This document shows, in pieces, positions 40,523-53,600 of a stretch of 64,000 nucleotides of DNA (position 1 is its first letter; every line of letters starts with the position of its first letter). Origin of the DNA: Octopus vulgaris (lineage: Eukaryota); NCBI GenBank assembly GCA_951406725.2, contig OX597826.1:75144001-75208000 (forward strand), read 5' to 3'. The position numbers and the translations under genes were made by a program. The notes under the pieces are model-generated. The model did no database searches. It had not been told where the DNA came from and was given only the letters and a program-made list of their open reading frames with translations.

Positions 40523-40961
40523 TAAGAAAGACTTGATCTTTGGTGGCGTTTTTTTTTTTAATAATTATATAAAATTAAATATTCTGAAAAACTGACTCAA
40601 AAAAAAAAAAAAAAAAAGATTGGAAATTTACAAAAACAGCCATTTTTTACTGCAAAGAGACATATGAAATTGGTCATAAAAATATCGGTGCATGGCATCA
40701 TGGCATCAAAAGAAACCTATAATTGTCATTCTGTTGAGTAACTTCATTTAATACCAAAATTTATTTGTTATTTCTTTTATAATATTGTCATTGATCTTCT
40801 TATTTTTTTAATGTTTTTATTGCTATCATACTGTTCATGTTTTCATAATGATATGTTGTGAGAAAATGGAGTCTGATTCTCTGACAAAGCTACAAAAGTT
40901 GAAATGTTTTTTTATTCGTTTTATATTTTAAGTTTATATAAAAAAAGTTTAATCATTATTA

Positions 40962-40992
<31 letters not shown>

Positions 40993-41114
40993 AGTAATAA
41001 TAATAATAATTTAAAATCATTATGATACAAAACTATGTTTCGCGAGACCCAAATATTGGTTAAACCTCAGTAACTGATATGTTTTAGTGCTGGAACAGGT
41101 CTCCTGTCTTTGGT

Positions 41115-41158
41115 TCATACAATTTTGATCTGTAGCGTTGATACTTCTTGGGCCAAAC
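41115..41158 (-). CDS. CTSO: CTSO-like exon 9 coding part (C-terminus and stop)
   Basis: cag|GLAQEVSTLQIKIV-TGA; completes the CG.A..VS motif. Confidence 0.88.
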
Positions 41159-43473
41159 CTGCGTAAAAAGAGGAAATTACAATCTGTAATAACAAAATAT
41201 ATTTTTACAGGGAAGAAAAGAAAGAAAAAAAAACATTAAAAGTGTAAACAATCAAGTTATCAAGAAGAAACCCGCCTTAGCTTCCTCACCAAGGAAATCA
41301 TCATCATCATCATCATCGTTTAACGTCCGCTTTCCAAGCTAGCATGGGTTGGACGGTACAACTGGGGTCTGGGAAACCAGGAGGCACCACCAGGCTCCAG
41401 TCTGATCTGGCAGTGTTTCTACAGCTGGATGCCCTTCCTAACGCCAACCACTCCGTGAGTGTAGAGGGTGCTTTTTATGTGCCACCGGCACAGGTGCCAG
41501 ACGAGGCTGGCAACAGCCGCAGTCGGATGGTGCTTTTTACGTGCCACGGGCACGGAGGCCAGTCAGGGCGGCGCTGGCTACGGCCACGTTTGGATGGTTC
41601 TCTTATGTGCCACCGGCACTGGTATCACAGCTACAAATTCTATTGATGTTGATCGATTACGATTTTGATTCTCACTTGCCTCAACAATCTTCACAAGTAG
41701 GGTTTGTGTCCCAAGAAGGAAAGGAATGCATAAGTGGGCTGGCTACATCCCAGGTAGAGGCCACGGATTATGGCCTCACTTGTCCTGCCGGGTCTTCTCA
41801 CGCACAGCATACTTCCAAAGGTCTCGGTTTCTAGTCATTTCCTCGGTGAGACCTAAAGTTCGAAGGTCGTGCTTCACCACCTCGTCCCAGGTTTTCCTGG
41901 GTCTACCTCTTCCACAGGTTCCCTCAACCGCTAGGGTGCGGCACTTTTTCACACAACTATCTTCATCCATTCTCGCCACATGACCATACCAGTGCAAACG
42001 TCTCTCTTGCACCTGGTAAATATGACTGCAAAGGCATTGCTGCCAAAAGGGGTCAGTGACACTTGCAGCAACATCCACATCACTTCAAATAACCAACATA
42101 ATGTCATTACATTCATTTAAATAATGGTTTCAGATTCCAGTACAAGGCCAGCAATTTTAGGGGAAGAGATTAAGTGATTACACCAACCCCCATGCTCAAT
42201 TGGTAGTTGGCATTCGGAAGGGCGTCCAGCCACAAAAATTGGTTAGATTCCCGATTTCAGCACGACATTTATTTGTAGCACCCACTACACTCTCAGAGTG
42301 GTTGGCGTTAGGAAGGGCATCCAGCTGTAGAAACTCTGCCAGATCAAGATTGGAGCCTGTTGCAGCCACCTGGTTCACCAGCTCTCAGTCAAATCGTCCA
42401 ACCCATGCTAGCATGGAAAGCAGACGTTAAACGATGTTGATGATGATGATATATATATATATATTGGAGTGACATGAAAAATCCTCATAGCAGTAGCTAG
42501 TGAGAACACCTCAGACAAAAACTGCAGTATCTTGACTGTCAATATGTATATACTTTAAGTATGATACCTAGTTAGCTATTTCAATTCAGTGCTACTTCTA
42601 TTGCATATACCAGATTTTTTATTCATCCCTGTAGCTGTTTGCAATATCAGAGACTGTATTATTCACTGTTTCCGATGCATCAGAGGTGATAGACATTGAC
42701 TTCGATACACTATTGATAAAGCCTAAGAAGGCTGAAATGCATCCGGTGCTCTCAGAAGCCACTGCTAGGATGATTTTTCAATTCCCTCTGATATAGATTG
42801 TATCTTTAATACAACACATCTGTAAATGATTTTTATCTCAAATGAAAACTGCAGAATCTTGTCTGTATGATACACAGATGGCTAAACCCAAGTTAATTTG
42901 TTCCACTCTACATAAAGGTCATACACCAGATTCCATGTGGAACACAAGAATGTTAAAAGTCAAAAGCTCTTACCACAAAGGTTGCTTCCAACAGCAATGT
43001 GAAGGTAACCAGCGATACCAAAGTCACTACCCCAAGAGTTTCTCACAATGTAATATGGTACTTCACCTGTAATTTATATTAACAGGAAAACATTATTGTC
43101 AATAGAATATAATTAAGAATATGGCAGACATTCAGGCTTTAATTCTAGCACATTCAATCATCTCTTCTGTCACCCTCTCTTTCTGCATCAAGATGCACAT
43201 ACTGTTCATCCAATCTCCTAACAATACCATGTGTAACAGTTTCTTCCTCACTCTCACACCTCCCTCTCTTCTCTCTCTCTCACTCTCTCTTTCCTGCTTC
43301 CTTTATTCTATCTCTTCTACCAACCAATCGTTATTTACATTATTTACATTTGACAGATATTTGTCCTCATCTTGTTTGTTGTTAACCCGTTTCAGCTGAT
43401 ATACCCTCCAGCCTTCATCAGGTGTCTTGGGGAAATTTTGAACTTGGGTTCTCATTCCTAAGGTATTTTTCAA

Positions 43474-43511
<38 letters not shown>

Positions 43512-46253
43512 TCACTGCTTGGAATCGAACTCAGAATCTTGGGGTTAGTAGCCCGTGCTCTTAACCACTACGCCATATGAGAACCCAGGTTTGAAATTTC
43601 CCCAAGACACCTGATGAAGGCTGGAGGGTATATCAGCCGAAACGTTGTGTTAACAACAAACAAGATGAGGGCAAATATCTGTCAAATGTAAATAATGTAA
43701 ATAATGTAAATAATTCCTCGTCTCTTAAATATAGAACTGTACAACCAATCATTGGTTCTCATCCATTAAGCTTCCCTCCCTCACTCCTGCTCTTTTTCAT
43801 CATTCACACTTCTGTCTGGTCATGAGACAAAACTCTGGCGTAGACGAATAAACAGAGGTAACATAGAACATAGAGAACTCTTTGGTTCTGCTTCAGACAT
43901 GATAACCTCTCTTGTGGTGGTGCCTCAGTAAATGCATACTGCACAGAGTAAACAATCATAAAATTGTTAGTGCATATATATTACTAATAGCAGTCTTATG
44001 GTTTATGATGCAAGGGAGATGACTCTAAGGGTTATTGTGTCTTTTTAAGTATTTTTTTTCATTTTTGGTTTTTGAAAATAATCAAGCAGAAAAAAATGTG
44101 TATTATGATATGATATTTCTTTTAACATAGAAAAAAGAATATGCATTGCCAGGAAATTTTTAAACTTAGTATCACACATTTCCAAATAATCACAAATTTC
44201 ACTGAATCTTTGATAAAAAGTACAATCAAAGTCAGTTATTTTACCATATGTAACTTCGTTGAATTTTCAATCATTACTGCAAAAAGATTCAATCTTTCAT
44301 GCCTAGCCTCCCATCACAATATTATATAAGTCTGATCCCATGCCCATTGGTCAGTAGACGTCTATAACAAGTCCTATTGTCAATAATGATAAGGTGTTAC
44401 CAATAAACGTATCGATAATTAGATTATTGGCTTAACAGCCAACTAGTTTAAGTTCTGGCATAACCAGCATACATACAATTTCAGGAACTCAGACGTCATT
44501 TATCGAGATACATTCCAAACTTGAGGAACAAATGCAAGTTTCAATATTAATTGGAATGTCTAAGGATATGTGAAAAAATATGAGAAATTCTCAAGGATCT
44601 GCCTCGTATGCACGAGCAAGAAGCTTCAAGTTTTCTTCCATTCTTGGAACATTTTGAGTTACAATCCTGACCTCATATTTTTCTGCTCAATTACTTTTTT
44701 AAAAAAATAACCCTTAGTATCCTCACCCCTGCCTCTTAAGCCATAAATCTATTATTGCTCACAAATACTCTTTTACTTGTTTCAGTCATTTGACTGTGGC
44801 CATGCTGGAGCACCGCCTTCAGTCAAGCAAATCGACCCTAGGACTTATTCTTTGTACGCCTAGTACTTATTCTATCAGTCTCTTTTGCCGAACCGCTAAG
44901 TTACGGGCACATAAACACACCAACATTGGTTGTCAAGCAATATTGGGGAGTCAAACACAGGGGTTTCGATAATTCATCTTTGGAAACATGGGTGTTTCGT
45001 TCAACATCCTTAAACAAACCTTATTCGGGGACCTTTTGAGTTGGATGGGCTACTCAACCTGAAAAAAATTCTAACTGGGCCCCACCTGCAAGGTCATGCG
45101 CTGTTTTTCTTGATATGAGATCACCATGTCATGTACATATGATTGTGATACATGTACCTGGTATACCCTTATCAAATGGGTATAAAAAGGTCAAAATCCC
45201 TAGTGCGTACTATATACGAGGTTAAAAATGAAAATTATTTTCTAAGCAATGTCCGAGTCTCTATTTACTGTCCAACAATGTTTATTCAGACGCATTTTAT
45301 GATGTTGGGCGTGAAAATATCTTAAGCTAAGCCTGAAAGCAATGAAGTCATAAAAGAATCATTCATAACTTGCAGTAAGCAACATTTATTAAACGTTATT
45401 ACTGTTATTTCTTTATTTTCTGCAAACAAAATGCACAAAAAAGCTACACGTTTGCATTATGTTATATATACAATAATAATAAAGGACATTACTGTATACA
45501 GTTTTACAAACCAAGGACGTTATATAGACCTCCCTGACTCAAGTTAGAGAAGGGGTGCGTATTATACACAAGGTTTAGGTTTTTCAGAGGTACAGCCCCC
45601 TTAAAAATCCCCTGCGTATTATACTCAAGGGCAGACTATACTCGAGGATTTACGGTATACTAGGCTTCGTATATTTGTACACCTGTGTCACTTTGCTGGC
45701 ATGCGTTGCTCTCTCACACAATAATAATAATGATCCTTAAAGTCGTCCCCCTTGCCTAATAGACCCTGAGACTGCTATTTCACACAAATACCCCAATGAA
45801 TTTAGCACCAGCCACACCACCTAACCGACATCTGTATATCCACTGAAAGACAAAGCAAGAAGGAACAGAGAGATGGGGAGTAGGAGGAGAGAAAGGGAGT
45901 GTGTATAGAAGGGTCTGGTCACCTGATGTGTTATAGCCAACAATTTGGACAGCATGATTGTTAGAGGTCTCACAGTGGTATCGAATGATCCCTTCCTGGT
46001 AGTTGGACCAAGTTGAGGCATCCACTGCAGTGACCAATGGACCATTTTGGGCAAGATGGAGCAGCATTTTCTCTTCTCTTCCAACAAAGCTGTAAAAAAA
46101 AAAATAAAAAAAGGCAAAATAACATACAGAAACAACTTAGAAAATAAAGGGAGCTCTTCCTGTGTTTGGTTTTATTAGTGTGGTAAAACAAAAACCAGAC
46201 TTGCTATCTTCAATTTCGTTATTTGGTTTTCGTGCTTACCATTGCTTATAGTC

Positions 46254-46299
<46 letters not shown>

Positions 46300-46770
46300 T
46301 AATAATAATTGAAAATTGTAATGCAAAGACCCTATGGGATTTTATGATTCAGTGCGACCATGAGATAGAGAATAGGAAGCCAGACAGTCTTAATTGAGAA
46401 AGAAAACAAACTATGCTGGATCATAGATATAGCATGCCCAGCTGACAAGAAGGTATATGATAAGGAAGAAAGATAAGTCGAGAGATATGGACAGGTTAGC
46501 TTGGGAAGTTGAGCAGTTGTGGTCGATGAAAAAGGTAGCAGTAGTATTGATAATTGTCGGAGACCTGGGAACAGTGAGCAAAAATCTTGAGAAGTACATG
46601 GAACAAATAGGGGCTGCAATAAGGTTGGAGCACTTGCAGAAAACAGCACTACTTGGAACTTCTTGAATACTCTAGAAGGTGCTCGAAAAATAAGAGGTGT
46701 TACCTTAGTTCACTGGTAGTGAACAGCCAACACTGTAGTCCATCTTCAGCATTAGAAGCTGTGCAAAGGC

Positions 46771-46808
<38 letters not shown>

Positions 46809-47527
46809 CAATGAAATTACTGAGTATAGTGCTCAGGTGCACTACAACTCATCAAAGGTGCATATAGAGTACATAGAATTATGTACAAAAGTCAGGAAAG
46901 TGAACAGTGTAAGAGTCATGATATACAGGTGTGCATGCGTATGAAGGGGGGATATCAGGTGTAGTGTTGGCGGATTTCAGGATGCATGGAAGTTTCAAAG
47001 GATGCAATGTCTTGGCAACTAACAACTGATGCAGGTAATTTGTTCCGTGCTTCAGAAACTCTGAGTTTGAAAAAATGTTTCTGAAAGTCATGGGAGCTGT
47101 GCTGTTTTCTGACTTTGTAGGCATGCCCACATGTGTTAGACACATGGAGCTCAAAAAGGTGCTCAAGGTGGTTGTTGGCATGATGGGTAACAATTTTGTG
47201 GGAGTTTACTAAGTCAGTTGCCAGACGTTGGAGCTTCAGTGTATCTATGCCCAGGGAAGCAAGACATTCAGAGCAAGGTAGATGCCTGATGGAGGGTATT
47301 CACTTGGTTGCACGTCTCTGACCAGTTTTCAGAAGGTCAATGTCCTGAACAAGATAGGGGTTCCAGACTGGTGATGCAAATTCCAAGTGTGGCCACACCA
47401 TAGCCATATACAGCCTTAAATGGATAGCTGGAGAGTGGCTGACAAAGGTCTTGCTGAGTGATGCCAAGACACCCTTGGCCTTCTTGACAATTTTCTTGGA
47501 TAATGACCAAAAGAAGAAGAAGAAGAA

Positions 47528-47563
<36 letters not shown>

Positions 47564-47565
47564 TG

Positions 47566-47618
<53 letters not shown>

Positions 47619-50600
47619 GATAAAAAAAAACAGTGATGGAAATTTGTCTGACCTTTCAGTTTGAGTTGATGAAATGATAATGGAAATTCTATCAATAGTG
47701 TTTTGTTAAGGCAAACAGATTGACTGAAACCCTAATTATTAATTTATGTCAATAAAATAATGATGAAAATCCTATTGATTCTTAGTTTGTGTAAACTTCA
47801 ATATTTCCATCTGGAATAAAACTCTTTATCTTCAACTCACCTGTGGTCATAAATGTTGGATAATGACTAAAAGAGTACAACTGTGAATACACGCTGAATG
47901 AATGAGTTCTGCCAAACGATCTCCTGGGTGGCGTCGCTCAACAGGGTGCGGAACTCAGAGACCAGGGAGTCTCTCCAGGTGGAGCCACTACAGCTGTGCA
48001 TTGAGAGGTCACAGCTCTGGGTCTATGCACATGGAGTTAGAATGTCAAGGGAAAGGGATCCCATGATAGATTCTTGAAGATGGATCAACCACCCGGAGAC
48101 CTAGAATGAGATGGTTCAATAATATCCATAGTCCTAGGAGGTTATACTTGGGGAGTCCAGCTGGAAAGTGCAATGATGGTTGCTTTTGATGGGACCCTAT
48201 GGAAGAGGGGCCTGAGAACTCCACTTCCATGACTCTTTCAGGAATAGTGAGCAGACAAGATGGATGGATAGAATATCAGCATTTTAGTTATTATATATTA
48301 AATATTTTAGTTAATGACATTCATCTTTTCAAGGTTATGGTGAGATAAATGTTGCAAAATATATGCTAGAACTAACAGAGATTAAAGTGTGTAAAAACAT
48401 CGATAAAACAGACGTTCAAGTATGTAAATATATACTGATAAGAGAGTGGTTTTAAGTGCTTAAATTTACTGATAAGATTAATTTAAGCTTAAATTTACTG
48501 ATAAGGTGATAATTTATATAAATATATCTACTGTGATTGTGTAATTCATAAATGTTTTTGAGATTATAAAGTGATTTTAAGTGCCATTGCTAAGTTTCAT
48601 ATTTATGTTGTGAAAAAAGAAACCCTCCTTCAGATAGGATTCTAGGCTATCATAAGCAACATTACCAAATGATTAGCAGCTATTCCTGATAGTTTGGTGA
48701 AGAAATAAACACAAAGACACCTGCATCAGATTTGAACTCTCGACTTGTGACCAGATAGTCCAATACTATTTTTCTCAACCTTCATTTTAAAATTTTTTTC
48801 TCATGCATCCCAGAGCCCATAAAGTTGAAGCTTGATCTGGTTTCTATGGCATATAAGTTACTGGGGTTACAAAAGCCCCTGCTGAACAATCTGTCGCTGA
48901 GTCAATTTCCCAGCTAATGTTGGAATTCATTTACAGCTGAGCAGAGTGGAGCAACGTGAAATGAAGTGTTTTGCTCAAGAACACTTGATCCGGGAATCAA
49001 AACTATGACCTTACGATGACAAGGGCAACACCCAAACCACTGGACCGTGTTCCTTCACAGAACTTTACTTCTACCAATTAATACTCCCACCAATACCCCA
49101 TATCTACTAATATATTGGTTTTGAATTTTGGCACAAAGACAGCAATTTCAGAGGAGGGGACAAGTTGATTACTTCAACCCCAGTATTCAACTGGTACCTA
49201 TTCTGTCACCCCCAGGAGAATGGAAAGTAAAGTCAACCTCAGCAGAGTTTGAGCTCAGATCATAAAAACAGACGAAATGCCGCTAAGCATTTTGGCCAGA
49301 TTTCTTATGATTCTGCCAGCCCACCCCACCCATCCTCTACTAATGTTCTGAACGGATGAAATATAAACCGAAATACAATTTAGTTAGGAGAGACTTAGTA
49401 TTGAACTCGAGATATTTTAAAGGAAGGCAAAAACTGCAGTTTGTAAAGTGAGATGGAAAAGCTTCAAATGGGATTTGAAACCCAATTGGGGGGGGGGGGA
49501 GGGGACTTTTTGGGGGGAGCATAACAACAATAATAAGTCATAATGTCAGCATAGAGTGACAGTCGTATAGATCAATCCCGTTATTTCAACATCAATACAT
49601 ATTAAAACGATGTTGAGATTTGAACTCAAAATTGAAAGGGATGGAACTAAAAACTGCACACGTCCCACCACTCCACATTGTTGGATGATAATAATGATGA
49701 TGATGGCGATGATAATGGTGGTGATGACTCTTATCATAGGTACAAGGCTATAAATTTGGGAAAGTGGATGATAGTCAAATTTATATTAACATGTTGCTGA
49801 TCCTCTCCGTTTTTTATTTTATCGATTCTGGCAAGATTTGAACTGAAACTGTAAAGGGGCATAACTCGATATTGCAAAATATTTTGTCGTCCCTTCTTTA
49901 ATAATAATGGTTGTGAAGGCGCGTGGCTTAATGGTTAGGGGCATTCGACTCACGATCGTATGGTCGTGAGTTCAATTCCCGGCGACGAGGTTGTGTCCTT
50001 GAGCAAGACACAGCTTTACAGATATTGAGATATTGATGTGATTTGAAGATCCCCGCTTGGAAAATAAATTCACCAGGGATATCTTCATTCATCATTTTAA
50101 CGTCTACTTTTCCATAATTGCATGGAATTGCAGATAGAGTTTATTGAGGCATATTTTCTATGGATCGATGTGCTCCATGTCACCAACCTTCACATGTTTC
50201 CAAGCAAGGTAATATTTCCCCATGGCCTGAAATCTTCTCACAGAACACTGGAAATTAATGACTGTTCATCTGACAGTGGTATTTACAACTAACACACAGT
50301 ATATTAGAAGACACTTGTGCAAGGTGTCATGCAGTGGGATTGAACCCAGAGCAATGTGGTCAAGAAGTAAGCTTCTCACTGCACAGCCAAGCCTGTACCT
50401 CTATAGGAAATGTCATCTATTTACCGAGAAATAAAGGAAACAAAGTTAATAGTCCTGCTGAAGAACAAGCTGAATTTGAACTCACAATATCTCTGTATCA
50501 ATAATGTAGTCATCTAATTTCTCAGCCTCAATGATAGTTCTACCACCAAGGAATCTACAGGTAACATGTAAAAATATCACAATCTATTTCAATGGGTTTC

Positions 50601-53600
50601 AGAGACACACAAGTAAAATGGGACGGGTGCTTACTTGTCACAGGTAGATTCTATCACTTGAGCACCTGGGGCATCTTTTTTAATAGGACGGCATGATTCA
50701 TCGATGTCTTTGAGAGGATAAGCAGGTTCGTAGACCACTGTCTGGTTCTTCTACAAAGAAATAGATATAAAAATGTTATAGAAAATATTTTGAAAATGTA
50801 AGAAAGAGAATAAGAAATTGTACCGAAAAGTTCCCAGACTAGTTCTGTAGCACGCCAACAGATGGCAGCACACAGTTGTGTGCGCAGTAAGAGCTGGCAG
50901 TGACCTTCATGAGGTAGTGTGCTGAATGACTTTGCAAGTGGTGAAATTTGTGTTTTTGTGATCACGTGTATACTTTAGTCTGTGATTTTGTCAAGGACAG
51001 GAACAAAGAGCCAAAATGAAATTTATGCCTTAAACTTTGGAAATCTGCTACAAAGACATCGAGCATACTTTGACAAGCTAATGGTGATGAGGAAATGTTT
51101 CGAATGGCATGGGCACTTCAAAAGTGGAAAAACATCCCTGGAAGACAATGAGTGATCTGGAAGACCTGCTGCGAGTGTCACCCCTAGAAATGTGGTATTG
51201 GGTATCGAGAATCCGTTCCCCAAGGCCAGACCACCAATCTACTACAACGTTTTGAAGCATTTGATGGAAGACATTTGGCGAAAGCAACCAGATCTGTGGA
51301 AGACAAAGAATTGGATTCTGCACAACAACAAAGCACCAGGTCACCAAAGCTCTCCTCACTCGTGAGTTTCTCACCAAAAGCAACATGGTATCAACTTCCA
51401 CACCTGTCCTATTCACCAGATTTAGCACCTGCAGACATCCATCTCTTCCTCAAGATGAAAATGTAGCTCAAAGGTAACCGTTTTTACAGCACTGTCGAGA
51501 TCTAGAACAAATCGCAGAAGGTTCTTGACTTGCTTATTGAAAACTTCCAAACCAGATTCCAAAAGTGGCAGGAAATCTGAGAACATTGTATTGCTGTGCA
51601 AAATGACTATTTCGAAGGAGACAATGTTAAAACTTGGGCGAATAAGTTATTTTTTATTAAATATTAGTCTAGGAACCTTTTGATATCACCTCATAGATAC
51701 CAACAATCAAGATTAAACTAGCATAACAGGGTTGTATGCATCAGAGGCATTGAATAGCAAAGTATTGACAGTGAAAGGGTAGCATTGTCTGCAGCATATA
51801 GTAATGGTGGGGGAAGGGGGAACGATGCCGATGACCGGTGCTGCCACCACCACCGTTTATTATTTATTTTATTTATTTTCCTTTTTATTCAGAGTCTTCA
51901 ACATTGATGAAAAGAAAGGAGGGAGTTGTTTTGAACTCCACTCACAGCACCAAAGGACCAGGGGGTAGTGTCAACACCACATACAACATCATTATCAGTG
52001 CAACATCAACTTTTTCGTTCTTGCATGAAATCAGACGGAATTTGCTGAGGCATATTTTCTATGACCAGAAACCCTTCCCTTCCTGTTACCAACTCTCATG
52101 GGTTTCCAAGCAAAGGAAATATTTCTCCATGGCCAAACAGACAGACAGCACTTTCAGAACTCAGTTTCTCTGAGGTGTGTGGGTCTTCTCAAGAACCTCA
52201 TATTGCCCTACATTCCAGTCCATTGTTATCTCATCTGTGAGGCTGGCCCTCACTACTTCATCCCACATCTTGAGATTGGCCCTCACTACTTCATCCCACA
52301 TCTTCCTGGGTCTCCCTCTTCCACAGGTTCCACCCACTTTATACAGCTGTCCTCATTCATATGCATCACCTGACCAAAACCATCACAGTCTTCTCTTTTG
52401 CACACCACATCTGATTCCTCTTATGCCTAACTTTTCACTCAACAAACTTGCACTTCGAAGTAACGATTCTTTGCCAACATAACATGGCAGTCCTGGTTTA
52501 GGGTGAATGTTGCTGTAATTTAGCCCCAGGAGACATCGTCTCCAGCTGCCTATACGACATGATCTGTGTCCTTATATTTTCAAACAAGGGAATCTAGTAC
52601 CCCGACTTAGCTTAAAAGAATATCCATGTTGGCAAACAAAATTTACTCCAAAGTACTGTTGCTGAATATCTCTTGTTGTGAGATTTAAAAATAGTAATTT
52701 TCCAATTTATAAATCAGTGACTAGTTGTCACTTTGGAAACTATATATTTCAAACGGGAATTTGGCAGCGCCACCTCTAGCCAAACAATTATTCTGTGCTG
52801 ATGAAGGGAAATAACCTGGAAATCGTGATACACAGATATTGTTTTGAGCTGAGTGGGGATGCTAGATTCCCTTGTTCAAAAATATAAGGACACAGATTGT
52901 GTTGTATAGCCAGCTGGAGACAATTTCTCCTGGGGCTAAATTACAGCAACGTTCGTCCTAAACCAGGACTGCCATGTTATGTTGGCAAACAATCTTTGCT
53001 CCAAAGTATTATTGCTGAATATCTCTCGTGAGATTTAAAAATAGTAATTTTCCAACATTTGCACTTTGTCGTAGATGCACACTGATGTTACACATCCCTT
53101 AAAGCACACTAACTTTATTTCTCTCCATTCTTCATATCTATTCAGCATTCAGGGCCCATGTTTCACTACCTTAGCCATTTGCATTTGCATGTATCTGTCT
53201 CTGGACATCACATGTTGTTGTAAATGGACATCATCATCATACAAGAGGGGGCTGTTCGTTTTTAGTTTGTTGGGGGGAAACATTACCTTGCTGGAGAAAC
53301 AAGTAAGTGTCGGCAACAGGAAAGGTATCCAACCATAGAAAATCTGCCCCAGCAAATTCCATTTGATCAAAGCAGGTATGGAAAAGGGGCTGCTAAATGA
53401 TGACGATAAACTATGATGAAGTACTTACTTCTGCTATTTCAATTGTTGGTTAGAAACAGAATGCAGGTAAAATAAAATATTGGAGGATACGACAACAAAA
53501 ATGGTGTGGAAATAAGTCAGATAAAAATAAAAGGGTAACCTGTTGTAGCCATCTTAATGTAGAACATGTGTCTCCACCACGGCATCCCAGACTTTCCCCA

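Noticed and set aside
43510-43577. Bona fide tRNA gene (also heads at 49917 and 60417)
   Set aside because: No paired acceptor stem or oligo-T terminator, and the heads continue into repeat bodies, so they are SINE heads.
50853-50870. CTCF-like motif CCAACAGATGGCAGC (also GCGCCACCTCTAG near 52767)
   Set aside because: Single motif matches inside transposon remnants, with no way to assess binding from sequence.
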